A DNA stretch of 64,000 bases from Somniosus microcephalus (Eukaryota). Of this stretch, positions 60,526 through 64,000 are shown piece by piece (within the stretch, counting starts at the first letter, position 1; every line of letters starts with the position of its first letter). The DNA is taken from contig CM126216.1 of assembly GCA_052327205.1 (NCBI GenBank), forward strand, positions 59,892,001-59,956,000, written 5' to 3'. The notes beneath the pieces were generated by a model that worked only from the letters and a program-made list of their open reading frames with translations, did not search any database and had not been told where the DNA came from. The translations under genes were made by a program, and so were the position numbers.

Positions 60526-62289
60526 AACTCTCAGCCAATACTTAAATTGGTTTTTTTAAGCCTTATTGCATTAAGCTGAACCTTTTTAAATTAATAAAAG
60601 TTTTGTTCCTTTAATGTGTGGGATTATAATGCAAAAATTAAATAGTGCAAACTTGATAAGGCAAAGCTACTGTGCCCATTTTGTATTTATTTAGAAATAC
60701 CTGCTTCCGATTCCAATTAGGAGATTATTGAGCTGACTAATTATGATGTGTTTGCATTATTTGAAAAAAATGATCTCCTCTCTGGGTTCTTCATACAACC
60801 TTGAGTGAGGTTCAGATTTGCTGCATTGTTTTATGATCATCCTCCTGTTTTGTTATCTCTTAACTGGTGGATTGCAAAAGTCGACCTTTGTTAGCCCCCG
60901 GCTATTGTTTGTAGATTGGTTGCACATTCTGCAGGCTGTGAAAGGCACATCTGCCATGGTGTTCTGGAAAACCTTCATAGCAAAGGCTAAAGGGGAGGCT
61001 GATCAGGAGATAGAAACAGAATCTCTTTTGCTTTCCAAATATTTGCCCGGCCTTCACAAGCTATTTGCCTTTGACTGTTTACACTAGTTATTTAAGCATG
61101 CTTGAGCCAGATAGAGAGAGCAAGAGAGAAGCAGGGAGAGACGGGGGAATAATGCACTCTGCTGACACAACTCATATCACAGCTGATCACAGGTATTCAG
61201 GTTTAGAGTTTAAATGAAAGGTGTTTACAGTGGTAAACAGTTTGTGAACGTTTATGGATATTGTCTTCTTTTCTTTTGGCCAACTTTAGCTGTAAATCCA
61301 ATGTTGATCCTTATGATGTAGTGGTTGAACATTTCACTCTAGCCCAGTATATGATGCTGAGCTTTCAGTAGCTGCCAGTACTGTTCTGATCTGCTATTTA
61401 TGAAGGGCATTCGTTCATTGTCATATTGCTTCTTTGTCTCGAGACATGAACAATGACGCACATCCATTTTACAAACTTTATTTATCTGCGATTTGCAGGT
61501 CTAGTGTTTAGAGAGAACTAGTTTAAAACTGGATAGGATAGAGGCAGGACAGAGAGGCAGGATCACTGCTTGAGTTCTGATGTTTGCTGATGGTAACTCA
61601 TTTAAAAGCTTATTAACTTTAATAAGTAATACTGCCACATCATAAGGCACAAAACTAAGCGGAAAATGGAGTTCCATTTAAAAACAGACTATATTCGGTT
61701 TATGTTTCAAAATTTCTAGATAGCCACGCAAAATCCAGACTATCCAGTTTAATGCCAGAGAAATAGCAATCCTAGAAAGAACACTTTTTTGGTGGGTTGA
61801 ATGGGTCTACTATGGGAACCTGTGGTATGAAAATGATCCGATGCTTGGACCCAGTTAGTTGCTAGTTTGGATTTTGGTCTATTGAAAAGCTCCAAATGTC
61901 CATGGGCAGTCTTCTACTCAAAAAAAGATTTAAATATTCCAGTGTAATTTTACTGGGGCCATAAATCAAGATGAAATTGATTTCTGCCACATTATTGCTT
62001 TATGTTGATGCTTAAATTGCCTTGACTGTTACAACATAAATGGAATAATTGCAACAATGAATAGTGCACATGGTTTTGATTTTTTATGGTATCGGAGAGC
62101 TGTTGGAGCATGCTTTAAGAGGCATGGCTTCGATTTGTTGGCTGCCCAGCATGAATTCTCCAAGTCTTTCTGTTCTGTTGCGAACAACCGGAGTCAATTC
62201 TTCCCGTGTTATAGTTGTCTCCAGCTGCACACTGCCCTTATGCCACCTAATCATTGAAAAACAAAATATAAAATACTAAAAATGCCATT

Positions 62290-62610
62290 GGGCGCAAACC
62301 AAGGGTATCCAAGATGGTAAAAATTAAGAAAATTGATGCAGGTAAATAGTATACTGTGGCAAAGAGTTCAAATGCTGAGGGACAAAAGTTAAAAATGAGG
62401 AAGTTAGGAGAAATAAGACAGATCTTTTATCCACAATTGTAAACGGGATTAGGGATTGAGATGGTAGGCCTTTAAAGCAAATGGTGTAAATAGGTTCAAG
62501 CGACAAGCAGATGTGCTTTAAAAGGGAGAAAGGTTTGAAGGATATGATGACAAAGTTTGTAATTAGTGATACTAATTGGAGCTGTTGAGCCTAATGGACG
62601 TCTCTGGTTT
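62290..62610 (+). mobile_element. Very old CR1 3' remnant
   Basis: 'caagcgacaagcagatgtgctt...gaaggatatg...gagcctaatggac' resembles a CR1 3' end. Confidence 0.4.
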
Positions 62611-63312
62611 CAATAAGTTATTCTGAATATGTTAAATGTAACTTTCACAACAATTATGTTTTAAATAGTTACATTTGAAAGATGTGATGTTTGAATGATT
62701 TGAATGTTATGAAAATGACTACGAACTCTGACTAGTATCATGATGGACACCCTCTGATTTGGCCCTGTGGCGTTTTTGTCTTGTGGTACAACAAACCCCT
62801 TTAAATATCTAATCTATCTAAGCCAACAAAGGAATTTTTAGTGTGGAGCATCAGTTTTATATCGCTCGACAAAGATCATTACTGTGGATAATTGAGCATT
62901 CTATGTTCTGGCCAAGGGCTTGCCTTATGATATTACTGTGACGGATAAGGAGATTCGCGCTTTTCAAATCATAAGAAAAGTCTTACATTTTTAATATCTA
63001 TTTAAGAAATGTGGAAGGACACTTTAAATTTATTTTACTGCAACCATAGTGTCTCTGGGCTGGGATAGAATTCACACATTTTGTGTATGATTCAAAATTG
63101 TATTGTGGAAAAACTGTTCCATGGATTCAATCAAACTAGTCAGCCTTAATAAGTTAATACTTTTTAATTGCAAAGCCATTAGCATTGATCTCACTAGAAG
63201 CATTTCCTGCATAGATCGTAGTCTATTGAATCTGGCAGATCATCAGTTTATCATCTTGTTTGATAGAGACAAGCTCTGTGAGTCCAGCCCTATGTCTCTA
63301 AACTGTACAGTG

Positions 63313-63716
63313 TCAGCTGTGGTTCAGTGGGTAGCACACTCGCCTCTGAGTCAGAAGGTTGTGGGTTCCAGTGCCACTCCAGGAGGGAGCGCTGCAATGT
63401 CGGAAGTGCTGTCTTTCGGATGAGACGTTAAACCGAGGCTCCGTCAGCTCTCTCAGGTGGATGTAAGAGAAATGTAAATTTCGAAGAAGAGCAGGGCAGT
63501 TATTCCCGGTGTCCTGGCCAATATTTATCCCTCAACCAACATAACAAAAAGCAGATTATCTGGTCATTATTACATTGCTGTTTGTGGGACCTTGCTGTGC
63601 GCAAATTGGCTGCCGCGTTTCCCACATTACAACACTCCAAAAGTACTTCATTGACTGTAAAGCGCTTTAAGATGTCCAGTGGTCGTGAAAGGCGCTATAT
63701 AAATGCAAGTCTTTTT
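63313..63716 (+). mobile_element. Near full-length Deu-domain SINE (SacSINE1-like)
   Basis: tRNA head, Deu body and L2-like tail 'aaaggcgctatataaatgcaagtctttt'; TSD TACAGTG at 63306-63312 and 63717-63723. Confidence 0.9.
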
Positions 63717-64000
63717 TACAGTGAGGGACAGCTGTACTTGCTTGTGTAAAAAACACCTTTTTGATCTCCATTGTCTCAATCTGATCTTCACAGTAAAAGA
63801 AATGGTGAATGACCAGAGGTTTCTGAAGTAAGATTCTTTCAAATCCACTGGACAGACAGCTCTGTAGCTAGGAGCTGCTGATTCTGAGGATAAATGTGAT
63901 GGCCTTCTCCCAGTTCATCACTTCCTCTAAGTCCATCATGATAGAGGCTGGACACTCCATGCTCATAGACAAAACCTCATCTATAAGTTATGTTATAGAT

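Overview
This is eukaryotic vertebrate DNA, not prokaryotic. The repeat content (CR1 LINEs with (CATAGAAA)n tails, Deu-domain tRNA SINEs of the SacSINE1 type, RTE, L2, Tx1 and Penelope-type fragments) points to a cartilaginous fish, probably a shark. The window looks like a large intron or gene desert. It has no intact host coding gene, operon, CRISPR array, rRNA or true tRNA. Every ORF I can recognise is transposon-derived: CR1 reverse transcriptase, Tx1 and RTE C-termini, and a decayed PIF/Harbinger transposase. The best leads are: (1) two independent Tx1 insertions with 14-bp TSDs sharing the target GGCA(A)T^TACACYC; (2) a 33-nt frame-preserving candidate micro-exon at 51089-51121; (3) a fossil Harbinger transposase with a family of CpG-rich MITEs carrying fixed-spacer palindromes; (4) a degenerate minimal hammerhead ribozyme in a Penelope-type fold-back; (5) a 28-bp CR1 micro-inversion whose breakpoint matches the 5' truncation point of a sibling copy; and (6) two short solo LTRs with perfect 5-bp TSDs. 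Family names come from motif recognition, not database searches. Boundaries of old repeats are approximate.
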